Below, one piece after another: positions 1 through 13,030 of a stretch of DNA of 64,000 nucleotides. Numbering within the stretch: the first letter of the stretch is position 1; each line of letters opens with the position of its first letter. Both the position numbers and the translations under genes were made by a program. Source of the stretch: Macrostomum lignano (taxonomy: Eukaryota); NCBI GenBank assembly GCA_002269645.1, contig NIVC01001009.1, positions 62,001 through 126,000 of the forward strand. The letters are read 5' to 3'. The notes under the pieces were generated by a model. It searched no databases. It saw only the letters and a program-made list of their open reading frames with translations, and was not told where the DNA came from.

Positions 1-122
1 CAGGTCAAAGCGGGCCAGACCAGTTCAAAGTTGATCAGGTCAGTTCAAAGCAGATCAGGTTCAGTTCAGTGTGTGAGCAAGAGTGCTCACTGCTAAATGA
101 TCAGGCCAGACACAAATTGCAA

Positions 123-375
123 TCACCTCAGCAACCGATCCGGATGCTCAACATCCGTCACCAGATCAACGATAGCCGAATCCGAATCGCTCTGATTGTC
201 AGTTGCAGTTTCACTTGGCTGGAGGCCGCATTCAATCATGTCTGACCGTACTGGCGATGACGGTGCAACAGCCTGCGCTCTCAATTGTAAGGGCTGCGGC
301 AGTGTGCGCTGACTCTCCGCTGCATTGGCTGGCAGGCTGCGACTAGCCGAGTGATTGGCAGCCAGTGACAGGTAG
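123..375 (-). CDS. Putative terminal coding exon of an unknown low-complexity protein
   Basis: Minus strand: acceptor ctaacctgccAG (377-376), then C|TAC CTG TCA... open for 83 codons (YLSLAANHSASRSLPANAAESQRT...SDSDSAIVDLVTDVEHPDRLLR) to TGA at 125-123. No domain recognised. Confidence 0.4.
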
Positions 376-497
376 CTGGCAGGTTAGAGGGGCGAGTCCG
401 TGTTACAGGGGTAAGGTTTCAAGTGCGAACTTCGATTCTACTTCTATTGAAGTAATGTACATCTATTTTAAGTCTAACTTTATGAAATATCTTCAGT

Positions 498-720
498 CTA
501 GTTCTGTGTCTATTCTCAGCCTAGTTCTGTGTCTATTCTCAGCCTAGTTCTGTGTCTATTCTAAGCCTAATTCTGTGCATCTATTCTCAGCCTAATTCTG
601 TGTCTATTCTCAGCCTAATTCTGTGTCTATTCTCAGCCTAATTCTGTGCATCGATTCTCAGCGTAATTCTATGTCTATTCCCAGCCTAATGATGTCTATT
701 CTCGGTCTAATTCTGTGTCT
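498..720. repeat. 23-bp minisatellite (TATTCTCAGCCTAGTTCTGTGTC)
   Basis: Unit recurs at 511, 534 etc. and decays toward 720. Confidence 0.9.
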
Positions 721-1132
721 AAATATCTGTAGGTCATAGTCTCCATCTTACAGTCTTCATCCCATAGCTTCATCCTATGACACTTTGTAAATGGATGATT
801 AAGGATATTCAAAATAGATGTAAATGCTCCGAATAAATTTATACGAATGATGACGCGGAGTGAATCATACAAAACTAAGGATAATATGGACTAACTGAAT
901 GAGGGAACCATATCTGAGTAAGGACAATGGTTCCAGTATTAACTAGTCTAATGTTAACAAAGGAAAACGTTGGGGCTCGTAAATTACGCTTAATGCAATT
1001 TACTTGAGTTTTCAGGTTTGCTAGTTTACGTACATGAATCGCATTTTGAGATTACTGTTAGATCGCTTTATCATATCCCCTAATTGTTCGCTTTTCTAAA
1101 TATAGCTAAAAAGTCATTGATTTTCTGGCCAG

Positions 1133-1201
<69 letters not shown>

Positions 1202-1209
1202 TTATCTAT

Positions 1210-1279
<70 letters not shown>

Positions 1280-1305
1280 CTCTCTCTATCTATCTATCTA
1301 TCTAT
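1133..1305. repeat. (ATCT)n microsatellite
   Basis: Seen directly; explains the YLSI ORF. Confidence 0.98.
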
Positions 1306-2454
1306 AACAAACAAAGTATTATGCAGGACTTTAGAAGAAACAGAAATTCATTACTCTCCAGGTAATTCAGCTTGAAGGCCCAGTAAATATGAAAACAGAC
1401 ATTGACTATTAATGAATTGCTGTTTCGCATTGACTCCCGCTCCAGCACTAGTCTCGCATGGAATTACAGAGTCAAGAGATTGTCAACATTTCTGTCCTAT
1501 TGGCATTGAGTGCAAGCATTTCGCCTATTTGCTAATCGGAAAGCCTCCGTAGCCTCTGGAAATGTCATGCAGATTTATGCCAAGTCGCATGCATGCATGC
1601 AAGTCCCTCTGATCCATTATTAGCAACGAAATGTGAAACCAGGGCCCTGCTCCATAGCCCCATGACTGGTGGGCCATTGAAAAGCAACAGATCATTTGGA
1701 CTGGCTAAATAAAGCAAAGCAACTTACCCAACCAGTTGCAGGTAGGTTTTCGACATCAAAGAGAATAATCTGAGCTTTTCCCTATGCCTATTATATACCT
1801 TTATCCCGACTTAGGCCTACTCAAAAACTGAGCAGCGAGAAGGAAAGTCTTTGTATAAAGCCACGGCGAGACTTGACCTGTACTCACTACCTTTATAAGG
1901 GATGTTGCCTTTGCCTTGAGGCAAAACTGCGGCAAACACATAGGTGACAGAGAGAAGCGGAAAAGCTAGACAGACGAGCCGGGCAAAGGAGCGGAGGACT
2001 GGATGAGGAAAACTGGGCAATCAGATGGAGAATTGAGGGGCGGGGATGGAGAGAAAGGGGGCAAAAAGGGCGAGGCTGGATGGCAGGGAGGGGAAACTGA
2101 GACAGGAAAATGCGAGTGGGAAGCTGGGGAGTTGATGCAGCGCCTGGATGGATAGAAAGAGACACTGCAGGAGCAAAAAGGACCACTCGCATACCCTTTC
2201 TCTTTGCTTCTCCTCTCCTTGTGATCGCTCGGTACCCTTTTCACTCCGCGTTTTCTCTTGACTGCTCCTTGCCGTCCAGTTACTCTGTGACACCCACAAA
2301 ACAGACGCGTACACTGCCGCCTCCTGACTCGCATGAACTATTCAAATGGAATTTATTAGTTTTACTGGTAGATGACTCTCCCTGCCCAGTCTACACTCGT
2401 AGTATGCCTTCACTACTCTAGTGGATGACTCTGCACACTTTTAGAGTCTTTGGC

Positions 2455-2690
2455 CCTACCAAATCTAACGAATGTCTTTGCTCAATCTGACGAATGTGTC
2501 TGTGACCAATCTAACGAATATGACTGTGACCAATCTAACGAATATGTCTGTGACCAATCTAACGAATGTATCTTCGTCCAATCTAACCAATGTCTTTCCA
2601 TTCGATTCTATGAACATTCTGAATGTGTCCCTTGCGCCCGTCTCTTTCTGTCCGTCTGTCTGTCTGTCTGTCTGTCTGCCTGTCTGGTCT
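2455..2690. repeat. Short 24-bp tandem repeat followed by (GTCT)n
   Basis: GACCAATCTAACGAATATGTCTGT has period 24 (2504, 2528); (GTCT)n at about 2650-2690. Confidence 0.85.
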
Positions 2691-3240
2691 AGTCTGGAAA
2701 CCGCGGACTGCATCATCAGCACTTAGAGCATCAGCAACCGAGTCCTAAACAAGAAAGAGGATTACGTCCGCAACTAGATCGGGGCATGATAAGATGCCAG
2801 CCACTCCAGCACTCTAGCCTCACTATCACTAGGCATGCTTATTGCTTTATGTGCATCCATCTGAGCCCTCCGAGGGTCCGCTAGGTCTCGATTCCCCTTC
2901 ACCCGGCCCTCAAGCACACTCAAGCTTTGCATCTCCTTTATTATTACTACTTGCTGCTGGTATACGCGTACTGTCTCCTCTGCTTGATTCTCTCTTCTCT
3001 CTGCGACCCAAGATAAAAAGCTAACTTATATGCAACATGCGCTGCGAACTGCAAACGAATAGGAATAGGGACAGGAGAGACACAGACAGAGAGAGAAACA
3101 GAGGGGCAAATACATGTGCATAGCTAAACAAGTATTTTCTGCGATGGCACGTACAAATGGTTTTTATCATAGTGTACGCCTGCACATTTGTACATAGCTA
3201 TGGTCTTGGCTAAGTACTATTTATGCTCCAAAAGTGACTA

Positions 3241-5861
3241 CTTAACTTAACTTAGCTGCAGGGCTGTCCCGGAGGGGACACAGCGGGAAGGCGCGGGCGC
3301 CCATTCCGCTAGTCCCTGAACGGCCGACGCGTCGCTATGGACGGAGGGTTGGCGCCGCCCAGGGAGGTCCCCCAGTGTCGCCAGCAGCTATGGTGCTCTC
3401 TGGAAAGGAGAGTTCAGCCCTGCGGGTGGCCCGAAGGTAGCGCATGAGCTGATTAAAGTTTTCGGGTTTGCACGCTTCAGTAATAGATGTGTGTGGCCCG
3501 AGGTAAGTGAGTCTGGCCCGCGTGAAGGCGGGACAGATGCTGACGAAATGCTCAGCGGTTTCGTCACCTGAGTTGCAGAAACTACAGGTGGCGTTGGTGG
3601 CGTTGCCCTGCAGGTACTGGTGCCTGGAGAAGCAGCCGTGACCAGAGAGGGTCATGGTGGCAGCCCGGATGTCTCTGCGCGAGAGGCGCAAGAGGAGCTT
3701 CCGGAGCTGGTGAGAGGGCTGAGGGACAGCGCCTCTGGATTGCCTGCAGTTCGTGCGGTTCGCCCAAGTCGAGCGGTGCTGAGTCCTGATCCACGCTTTG
3801 ATGCGCGAGTCGATGACACAGCCAGGAATCGGGACAAGAGGTTCGGGGCCGAGAGAGGAGCCGGAGGCACCAACTTTTGCAAGGGTGTCAGCCAACTCAT
3901 TTCCTCGGATCCCCACATGCCCCGGAACCCACTTAAGGGTAATTTTGTTGGCGGAACCCAACACATTGAGGAGTTTGATACAGTCAAGGACTGTAGCAGA
4001 GTTGGTGCTGCAGCCACTGATGGCGTGCAAGGCAGCTTGGCTGTCCGAATGGAAAATGATGTTCTTACCAGTAACGCCAGTGGCGAGAAGCTCTGCAGTG
4101 CAGGAGCTGATGGCCAGAACTTCATTTTGGAAAACACTGGAGTTGACCCCAGTGTATTGAGCGTGGGTAGCGATGACCCTCCCGTTCAGAAAGATTCCAA
4201 CACCAAAGCCGGTGTTGGCTGACTGCTTAGAACCGTCGGTGTAGCAATGAAGCTCACCAGGGTTCCAATGGTCATTGATGTTATCGCGCGAGTCGATAGC
4301 TACGGAGTAGCGCTGTCTCAGGTTGAGCGTTGAGGCAATGCCATCGGTGAAGACGCGATTGGCCTGACACTCGTTGAGAAAGTTGAGGCACAGATCGCTA
4401 TGCGGGACAAGGTTCCGCTTAGCAGGTGCTCTCATGTAAATGAATTTGACGCCGGCATCAATTAGACGCCGCGTCGTTCTAGCCGCCTCACCCCTGATGA
4501 AGAGGTCAAGAGGCGGAAGATTAAGAAAGGCCCCCATGCCAGCAAAGGGCGTGGACCTGGTGGCGTTGCAGATGAGCCTACACGCTCTGCCTTGGATCGT
4601 GTTGAGCAGGTCTGCATGGCTTTTGACCTGGGTAGCGCTAACCCAGACAACAGAGGCGTACGTAATGGCAGGTCTAACTACGGAAGTATAGATCCACCAA
4701 AGCCGCTTTGGGGATAGACCCCAAGAAGTGCCAAGTGCTCGTCGGAGCTGGGCCAGGATGGCTGAGGCACGCTTAGCTTTTGCTTTCACGTGGAAGGACC
4801 AGTTGAGCCGGTGGTCAAGTGTGACCCCGAGACATCTGGTCTGGTGCGCGAAGGCAATATCTCTGCCGTAGAGCTGCAGAGGACGTATGTTCCAGCGTAG
4901 TCTGCTGGTAAACATAATGGCAACGGTTTTGGGCTCAGAGAGTTCCAAACCATTGTCATTGGCCCAGGATTCTGCTTTGCGGATAAAGCTCTGCATCAGA
5001 TCCCTGAGCGTGCTGGGAGACGGTCCTGCCACAATGGCCGTGACGTCATCAGCATACCCGACTTTGAAGACGGGGTCAGGTCGGGAGTCACTCAGAAGAG
5101 CGTCCATGACCAGGTTCCAGAGCGTCGGGGTGAGGACTCCGCCTTGGGGTCCACCCTTACAGACTCTGGTGGAGGCAGTTTGCCCAAGAAGTTGGGCAGT
5201 GACCGTACGGTTGGAGATCATGTACATGATCCACCGTATGAGGGTAGCATGAGCTTTGCGATTTTGAAGGGCCCTCTGAAACGCTTCAAAGATAACGTTG
5301 TCGAAGGCGCCAACAATGTCAAGAAAGAGAGCCAGGGCGTAACCGTCACCCAGTACCGCCCGTTCAATCTTTTCGACAATCGCATGCAGGGCGCTGTCAG
5401 TCGACCTCCCGGTACGGAAGGCGTGCTGATTATTGCTGAGGGGCATCGCTGTCAGCTCGCAGGAGAGCAGCCGCCAGAGAATAAGCCTCTCAGTGAGCTT
5501 AAGCATTGCTGACGTTAAGCTAATTGGCCGGAAGGCCTTGACGCTTTGGTAGTCACCCTTCCCAGGTTTGGGAATAAAGACTACTCGAGCTTCAGTCCAG
5601 CTTTTGGGAACGTATCCCAGCTGGATAGAGGCCCGCATAAGATTGCGGGTGAGTCTCAGGAACGAGGGTATCTTGGCTGCTTCACGAAGGAGAACAGGGT
5701 AGATACCATCAGGTCCAGGAGATTTGAAGGGTTTGAAGGTTCTGAACGCACGAGCGATTAGGTCTTCAGTGACAATGCCCGCCGCTAGGGTGGCTCCATC
5801 CATCGAATGGTTGGGCTCCGGTCTAGCAGTAGGTACCCTCGGGAAGAATGTGCTAAGCACT
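3241..5861 (-). mobile_element. 5'-truncated non-LTR retrotransposon, R1/Loa (Lian-like) type
   Basis: 9-bp TSD AAGTGACTA at 3232-3240 and 5862-5870; 3' tail of short (TAAGT) repeats on the minus strand (3241-3255); internal RT/RNase H ORF; no endonuclease domain or ORF1, so 5'-truncated. Confidence 0.93.
3335..5861 (-). CDS. Truncated ORF2: reverse transcriptase + RNase H + CCHC zinc knuckle
   Basis: KSPGPDGI, FIPKPGK, FRPISLTS, FLDIVGAFD, GGPQGGVLTP, YADD; RNase H YTDGSK..E..SDSQAAL..WVPGHVGIRGNELAD; CSFC..ETAEHFVSIC. About 842 codons with no stop. The 5878 start in the ORF track lies outside the TSD. Confidence 0.95.
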
Positions 5862-5886
5862 AAGTGACTAAGTTTCAATATGATTG

Positions 5887-6735
5887 AAGTAGACTAAGAT
5901 AAATTGGATAAGTTGACTGAGATTAATGAGTTAGAGAAGTAGACTGAGATTGGTGAGTTAAAGAAGTAGACTGAGATTGATTTGGAGAATTAGGCTGAGA
6001 TCGATGAGTTGGAGAAGTAGACTGAGATTGGTGAGTTAAAGAAGTAGACTGAGATTGATTTGGAGAAGTAGACTGAGATCGATGAGTTGGAGAAGTAGAC
6101 TGAGATTGGTGAGTTAAAGAAGTAGACTGAGATTGATTTGGAGAAGTAGACTGAGATTGATGAGTTAGAGAAGTAGACTGAGATTGATGAGTTAGAGAAG
6201 TAGACTGAGATTGATGAGTAAGAAGAGAATAAAACTGAGATTGATGAGTTAGAGAAGTAGACTGAGATCGATGAGTTGGAGAAGTAGACTGAGATTGGTG
6301 AGTTAAAGAAGTAGACTGAGATTGATGAGTTAGAGAAGTAGACTGAGATTGATGAGTAAGAAGAGAATAAAACTGAGATTGATGAGTTAGAGAAGTAGAC
6401 TGAGATCGATGAGTTGGAGAAGTAGACTGAGATTGGTGAGTTAAAGAAGTAGACTGAGATTGATTTGGAGAAGTAGACTGAGATTGATGAGTTAGAGAAG
6501 TAGACTGAGATTGATGAGTAAGAAGAGAATAAAACTGAGATTGATGAGTTAGAGAAGTAGACTGAGATCGATGAGTTGGAGAAGTAGACTGAGATTGATG
6601 AGTTGGCGAAGTAGACTGAGATTGATGAGTTGGAGAATTAGACTGAGATCGATGAGTTGGAGAAGTAGACTGGGATTGATGAGTAAGAAGAGAATTAGAC
6701 TGAGATCGATGAGTTGGCGAAGTAGACAGAGATCG
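5887..6735. repeat. Composite minisatellite, 24/27/30-bp variants around GAGAAGTAGACTGAGATTGAT
   Basis: Seen directly; gives the S/T/Q-rich 279-aa repeat ORF. Confidence 0.95.
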
Positions 6736-8049
6736 TGACAAATATTTATTCAATAGAAGCAAGCTGAGATCAGAATAATGAAAGTTTGTCGCTAAGCTAC
6801 AGTGCAGAGTTTTACAATCCTATCTTAAGCATTATAGTACTTTAAGCACTTAGTCCGCAAAAGGTGAAACAGCTCACACACTAGCTAGCAATATGAGGTG
6901 CGGGAAATGAAGAAAAAGCACCAGACGAAAGCAAAAAAATTGCGGCTAAAGCAACAAGCCTAGCCTTAGAGCGTCAATCCATAATTCGAGTCCCAGAAGC
7001 AAGCGGCCTGCTAACATTTTGCTTCTGTATGGAGAGAGGGCGAAGAGAAGAGAAATAGGAGAGGTGGCGAACCCATCAGATTAACGCCAAGCCTTAGCTG
7101 TCGAGCCGGAGGGCTAATCAATTTCAACAGAGTGCGCAGCGCTGCCAGTCTCTCTGCTTTAAAAAATCCTTTTTTCAAGCCGTCCTCTTCTGGGGCACTT
7201 CTAGCGGCTCTTACCCATCCGTGTTCTTAGCATTTATATCCAGCGCTATCTTATTCCCGATTTACCAAGCAGCGCAGTTACTAGGTAGGCACATGTATAC
7301 GAGTATATCAGACTGTTCCAATCCAGTGCGTCCAATTTTCCTCCTTACGGAATTACGATCTTCACACTTCAATCGTGTGATAAGCCAATGCAAACAAGCC
7401 GAGACCACCCCAGGGCTGTTAGTCATTAGTGGAAAGAGGCATGTGTGAATAAAATGGGAACAGAGAATGGAATAAAATCATCGCGGGGTGCGCCATGATG
7501 AATAAAACAAAAGGTGGAGAAGAGCGAGAGTGACAATTTGTGCCCGCAAGAGTCTGAGAGGGAAGAATAGAATATACGAGAGCCGCACTTGTGTAGTGCT
7601 ATAGACAATAGTGGGACAAGCGGTGACTGCAGGTAAAAAAAATAATAGCTCTCAACTCGACATTTACTATCTACTGAAGTCGGAGGACTTCCTACTCAAT
7701 GGGACGCTTAGTGGTGAAAAAATATGACTCCGCAGACTGCGAGCCCTATTACCAAAGGCAGCCCATTTAAACAGATCAATGAATCGTTAGGTAACGATTA
7801 TGGAATTAATACATCATAAAAGTTATAGCTATTCAATATTGTACTTTACTACTGCCGTACTGTGCTACCCTTTTACTAACAGTGTCTCATTCTGTTACAA
7901 CTAAGGTCTCTAACAGTGAATTTCTTACCACACATGTCTCCTTACCACGCGCATAATGGTCTACCTCTATCAAACTGTTCTACCTTCCTGTCGCTATAAG
8001 ATGTTCCGGATGTCTCAGATGTATCAGATGTCACTATCAAATTGTCTCT

Positions 8050-8921
8050 GTCAACCTGTCTATAAACCTATTTCCATTAACTTGTCTAAGCCTGTCTTCA
8101 TCAGCTTGGCTCAGCCTGTCTCCATCAACCTATACCATCCACGTCTCTATCAACCTGTCTCAACCTGTCCCATCCTGTCTATCAACCTGTCCCATCCTGT
8201 CTATCAACCTGTCCCATCCTGTCTATCAACCTGTCTCAACCTGTCCCATCCTGTCTATCAACCTGTCTCAACCTGTCCCATCCTGTCTATCAACCTGTCT
8301 CAACCTGTCTCAACCTGTCCCATCCTGTCTATCAACCTGTCCCATCCTGTCTATCAACCTGTCCCATCCTGTCTATCAACCTGTCTCAACCTGTCTCATC
8401 CTGTCTATCAACCTGTCCCATCCTGTCTATCAACCTGTCTCAACCTGTCCCATCCTGTCTATCAACCTGTCCCATCCTGTCTATCAACCTGTCTCAACCT
8501 GTCCCATCCTGTCTATCAACCTGTCTCAACCTGTCCCATCCTGTCTATCAACCTGTCCCATCCTGTCTATCAACCTGTCAAAACCTGTCCCATCCTGTCT
8601 ATCAACCTGTCCCATCCTGTCTATCAACCTGTCCCATCCTGTCTATCAACCTGTCCCATCCTGTCTATCAACCTGTCCCATCCTGTCTATCAACCTGTCC
8701 CATCCTGTCTATCAACCTGTCCCATCCTGTCTATCAACCTGTCCCATCCTGTCTATCAACCTGTCAAAACCTGTCCCATCCTGTCTATCAACCTGTCAAA
8801 GCCTGTCCCATCCTGTCTATCAACCTGCCAAAACCTGTCCCATCCTGTCTATCAACCTGTCTCAACCTGTCCCATCCTTTCTATCAACCTTTCCCATCCA
8901 GTCTGTATCAACCTGTCTCAA
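8050..8921. repeat. Composite minisatellite: 22-bp ACCTGTCCCATCCTGTCTATCA plus 10-bp ACCTGTCTCA
   Basis: Seen directly. Confidence 0.95.
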
Positions 8922-10051
8922 CTAGATTTTTCGCAGACTCCAAAAGTTTAAACGAAACGACATGTGGAGAATAAAGGCTAAACTTTATTAACTAGAAGAA
9001 GCACTGAAACACTGAGCGAGCCATAAAAATCGATAATATGCCTCAGAACAGCCTATGCCTCCCAGTGCAAAAAGTACTCTAACGTACTTTACAAAAGCTT
9101 GGCTCTTCCAAAGAGATACTTTCCTGTAATACGAAGGACTATAATTAGCATTGTCATACATAATTTACAAATCTGGCCACCTTAAACCATTGATTGGCAC
9201 AGTTAGTTCTCAGAATATCTCAGCAGCATTACAGTGTGTAGATATAAAACTTCTAATCAACTAATAGGGCATAACCTTAAAATATTTATAAAATAATTAT
9301 TGAAGACAGCTAAAAAGCCACACAACACAACTTGTGCATAAGATATGAAAAATGTACTTGCCAGCATGTTGTGGTGTATTTTTTAATACACATATTGTTA
9401 CTTACATAAAAATCAGTACTACAATAGAAGATTATTATAGCGAAAACTACTACGGCAATATGCCCCAGCAGTGCCCTATAGGAATCGCCAAGAATCAAAT
9501 CATTAACACAGAAAGCAGATATGATTTATGAAACTGCCAATAAGAAGGTACACATAATATTGAATTATTAATACAGGTCATTATTGTTAATTGGAATGGA
9601 ATCGATTGGTTTATAGCAAATAAAGCAATTCATGCAAAACACGAGAAATGTTTTTGGACAAGAATGTACTAAACTGTTTCAGTAAAAGTCTCATCACGTA
9701 CAGCGCCGCAGTTCCTATGATTATAGAGGCATAGGCACATACAGGTAGGAATGATGCAGTAGAAAAACCGCAGTATTTGAATTCAGTGAATTCAGGAATG
9801 TTATAAAATTTATAGAGAACAAACTTGCCCTGTCAGATTTAGATATGCATTATTACAATACAATGTTTAATAAAGATAGCATATTCTTAAAAAGTAAAAA
9901 ACATGAGTTGACAAGACACAGTTTCTATCCTAGATTTCAATTTTAGTAAACTTCAAGAAATGAAGCACTCGAACAGTCAGATCTACACAAAACATTTGTA
10001 GTTTGGAATATTATGTTATGCGTGCCAGTTAGAAAGTATTGATATTGGATA

Positions 10052-10175
10052 GGGTGCCAATAAGACAAAATAAATCATAATTACCTTACCTGTAGGTTCA
10101 TAAAAAATTACCGATCTCCAAGATATAATTCAAAGTATATTCAAAGTATAAAATCTAGGTGACGTATTAGCACCC
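10052..10175. mobile_element. Possible tiny MITE with GGGT termini flanked by TA
   Basis: TAGGGTGCCAATA (10050-10062) versus TATTAGCACCCTA (10165-10177), a 12/13 inverted match. Confidence 0.4.
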
Positions 10176-10340
10176 TATGATTAAGCGATATCAATATTTA
10201 TTTTTTGCGTTCTATAGAACATTTTTGCCTTCAATTAAAGAATGCCTGCCTCGAAGTTGTATAGTTTTTTAAAACTTTATTTAAGAAACCGAGCATTCAT
10301 TTCAAGACAATGCCAATCATATTCAACAATATTTCTACTC

Positions 10341-10748
10341 TTGTCTATGGTCAAAACAGTCTCTGGCACAGGCAGAGTTTTTCTGAGCCGATGCTCAGAA
10401 ATTTAAGACATTTCACACTTGAACAACAGCCATGCCACTAAAGTGCGCGGTAGCTAATTGCAATAACTGCGTTTCTGATGCATCTGTATTAATCTTAAGC
10501 ATCGGTTTTGTACACCATTCTAGCCACAACTTGTGCCATAGACTAAAAAGCTTGGTGACCGGAGGGGGTGGGTGGATTCTAAAAATCGGCTTCAGATTTT
10601 CATCCTTATTGGCACTCTATACTAGGCGACCTCAATACTCTTTGGTCACAAAATACATATTTTTGTTAAATGATTCCCAGTTTAAAGTCTGAATTCAACT
10701 TTTTGCTGTCTCTGCACTCTTCCCGTATACGGTTTTGGCCATAGACAA
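10341..10748 (+). mobile_element. Inverted-repeat-bounded relic with a THAP-like ORF start
   Basis: TTGTCTATGGTCAAAAC (10341-10357) versus GTTTTGGCCATAGACAA (10732-10748), 16/17. Internal ORF at 10432 begins MPLKCAVANCNN, like the THAP N-terminus, then degenerates. Confidence 0.45.
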
Positions 10749-10923
10749 TATAGGATTCGCGCACGAGTGTCATAGACATTTAAGCACTCCAAACCAAGTA
10801 TTGAGTAGTATTGTAACACGATATGTATTTCTCGTGCATTAAATGGCCGCCCTTTTTAATTGAACGCTAAAAATATTCACTAGAACGCAAATAGTATTCA
10901 AACATATTAGCAATGCCACAGTT

Positions 10924-11406
10924 TTACATAGAAAATGTGAACAGCAGCCACAATGAGCCGGCAGACAGCAAGGACACGGTCCGCAGACCAGGCGACATTC
11001 GATAACCGTCAAGAGTGGCATAGAAGTTGCACAATTCGCCAGAGCAGCATTCCAAACAGCGCCAATCGTTGTACCATTCCCGGTTGCATTGAATAGCCAT
11101 ATTATCGCTATCAGATCGACACTTCTCCAGCGAAGTACAATTCTTGGTTAGGAAATGACTTCGATCGCCATTCTGCTGCCAATACTGGGTTGGCAGCCGG
11201 TATTCAATCAGTGAATAGCAGGCATTCTCGTGCTGCTGGCACTGCCTGCTGGTCTTAATGCATTTGTCATCGTTGCCCTCCTGATTGTTGCAGACGTAGC
11301 ACTCCATGGCCTGCGCCGAGAGCAGGCACGTTGCCAGCGCAAACACGCGCAACCAAGTGGTTGCTATGCGACAGCCACCCCTACTCGAGGCTTTCATTGA
11401 CGGCAT
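10924..11406 (-). CDS. cold: Ly6/uPAR three-finger protein, coiled (cold)-like; signal peptide and GPI-type hydrophobic tail; single exon, 160 aa
   Basis: ATG at 11406 (MPSMKASS...), hydrophobic signal region, ECYVCNNQEGNDDKCIKTSRQC...CNREWYNDWRCLECCSGELCN and a hydrophobic C-terminus. The pattern matches my recollection of Drosophila coiled (ECYVCxNQxGNxEKC...CxHIWYEDWxCxECCxGDRCN). Confidence 0.85.
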   Translation of the reverse strand: MPSMKASSRGGCRIATTWLRVFALATCLLSAQAMECYVCNNQEGNDDKCIKTSRQCQQHENACYSLIEYRLPTQYWQQNGDRSHFLTKNCTSLEKCRSDSDNMAIQCNREWYNDWRCLECCSGELCNFYATLDGYRMSPGLRTVSLLSAGSLWLLFTFSM

Positions 11407-11982
11407 TTTAATTATCAAAATAAGTTGGGAAAGTAACAAAATGTATTCTTGGCATGCATTAAACCATTTTAAAGTTGTTAGCTGCTTGAAATAAAAAACA
11501 AATTCTAAAAAAAACAAAAAAATTATATTGATTTATGTTCCTTTTTGCAAAATATTGTTGCCCTAACCAATTGTTAGATAGCAATAGCAATAGATTGCAG
11601 TTTTCCTATCGCGGTTAACACGACTGAAAGTTTTATGGTCAAAGTGCATAGCCTTCTGAGGGATTCATGAAAATAGCTCGGGAAAAGGCATGTTTAATCG
11701 TATATAAAACATTTACATAAATATTTTACGGCATATTAGAATATTACCAAATAAACTTCCGAAGAACGCAAATAATGTCCCGGAAAATCTTTACATTTAC
11801 GTTTTATTATCCTCTAAATCTCTGAATTTGTTAACTAAGTGCAAAAAAGCAGGCAGGAAACGGGTTTCACTCTCGCCAAGCCTGTCTGTGGTATATCCTC
11901 ACTTGGTTGCTATGCTAAACTATCTACATGTTAGTTGCACAATATTCAGGCCTAGCAGGGAGTTCTGCGATATATTACCATC

Positions 11983-12880
<898 letters not shown>

Positions 12881-12982
12881 AGCGCAACTCTACTTTAGCA
12901 GGGAAGCGACAAGTATATAAAAATACTGAAGGTCTTGAGCATTCGCCGAGCAAATCATGAATGGGAAATCAGTAGCAAGTAC

Positions 12983-13030
12983 GGGGCGCAGAGCAGCTCA
13001 GCGGTAAACGCGCCCGACTCTCGCACTGTC
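12983..13030 (+). mobile_element. tRNA-derived SINE-like head, partial copy
   Basis: GGGGCGCAGAGCAGCTCAGCGGTAAACGCGCCCGACTC has an A-box-like motif and closely resembles the copy at 15312-15380. Confidence 0.5.

Noticed and set aside
1891-1926. 36-nt micro-exon candidate (gcAG|TTTTGCC...ATAAAG|GTAG) for the orphan gene
   Set aside because: In the required phase 2 it contains an in-frame TAA, and nothing else supports it.
3582-5761. Several short ORFs overlapping the RT on both strands
   Set aside because: Shadow frames of a GC-rich coding sequence, with no motifs.
5923-6762. 279-aa S/T/Q-rich ORF upstream of the RT as a possible ORF1 or mucin
   Set aside because: It lies outside the TSD (5862-5870), is in a different frame from the RT, and is just the translation of a minisatellite whose units are multiples of 3.
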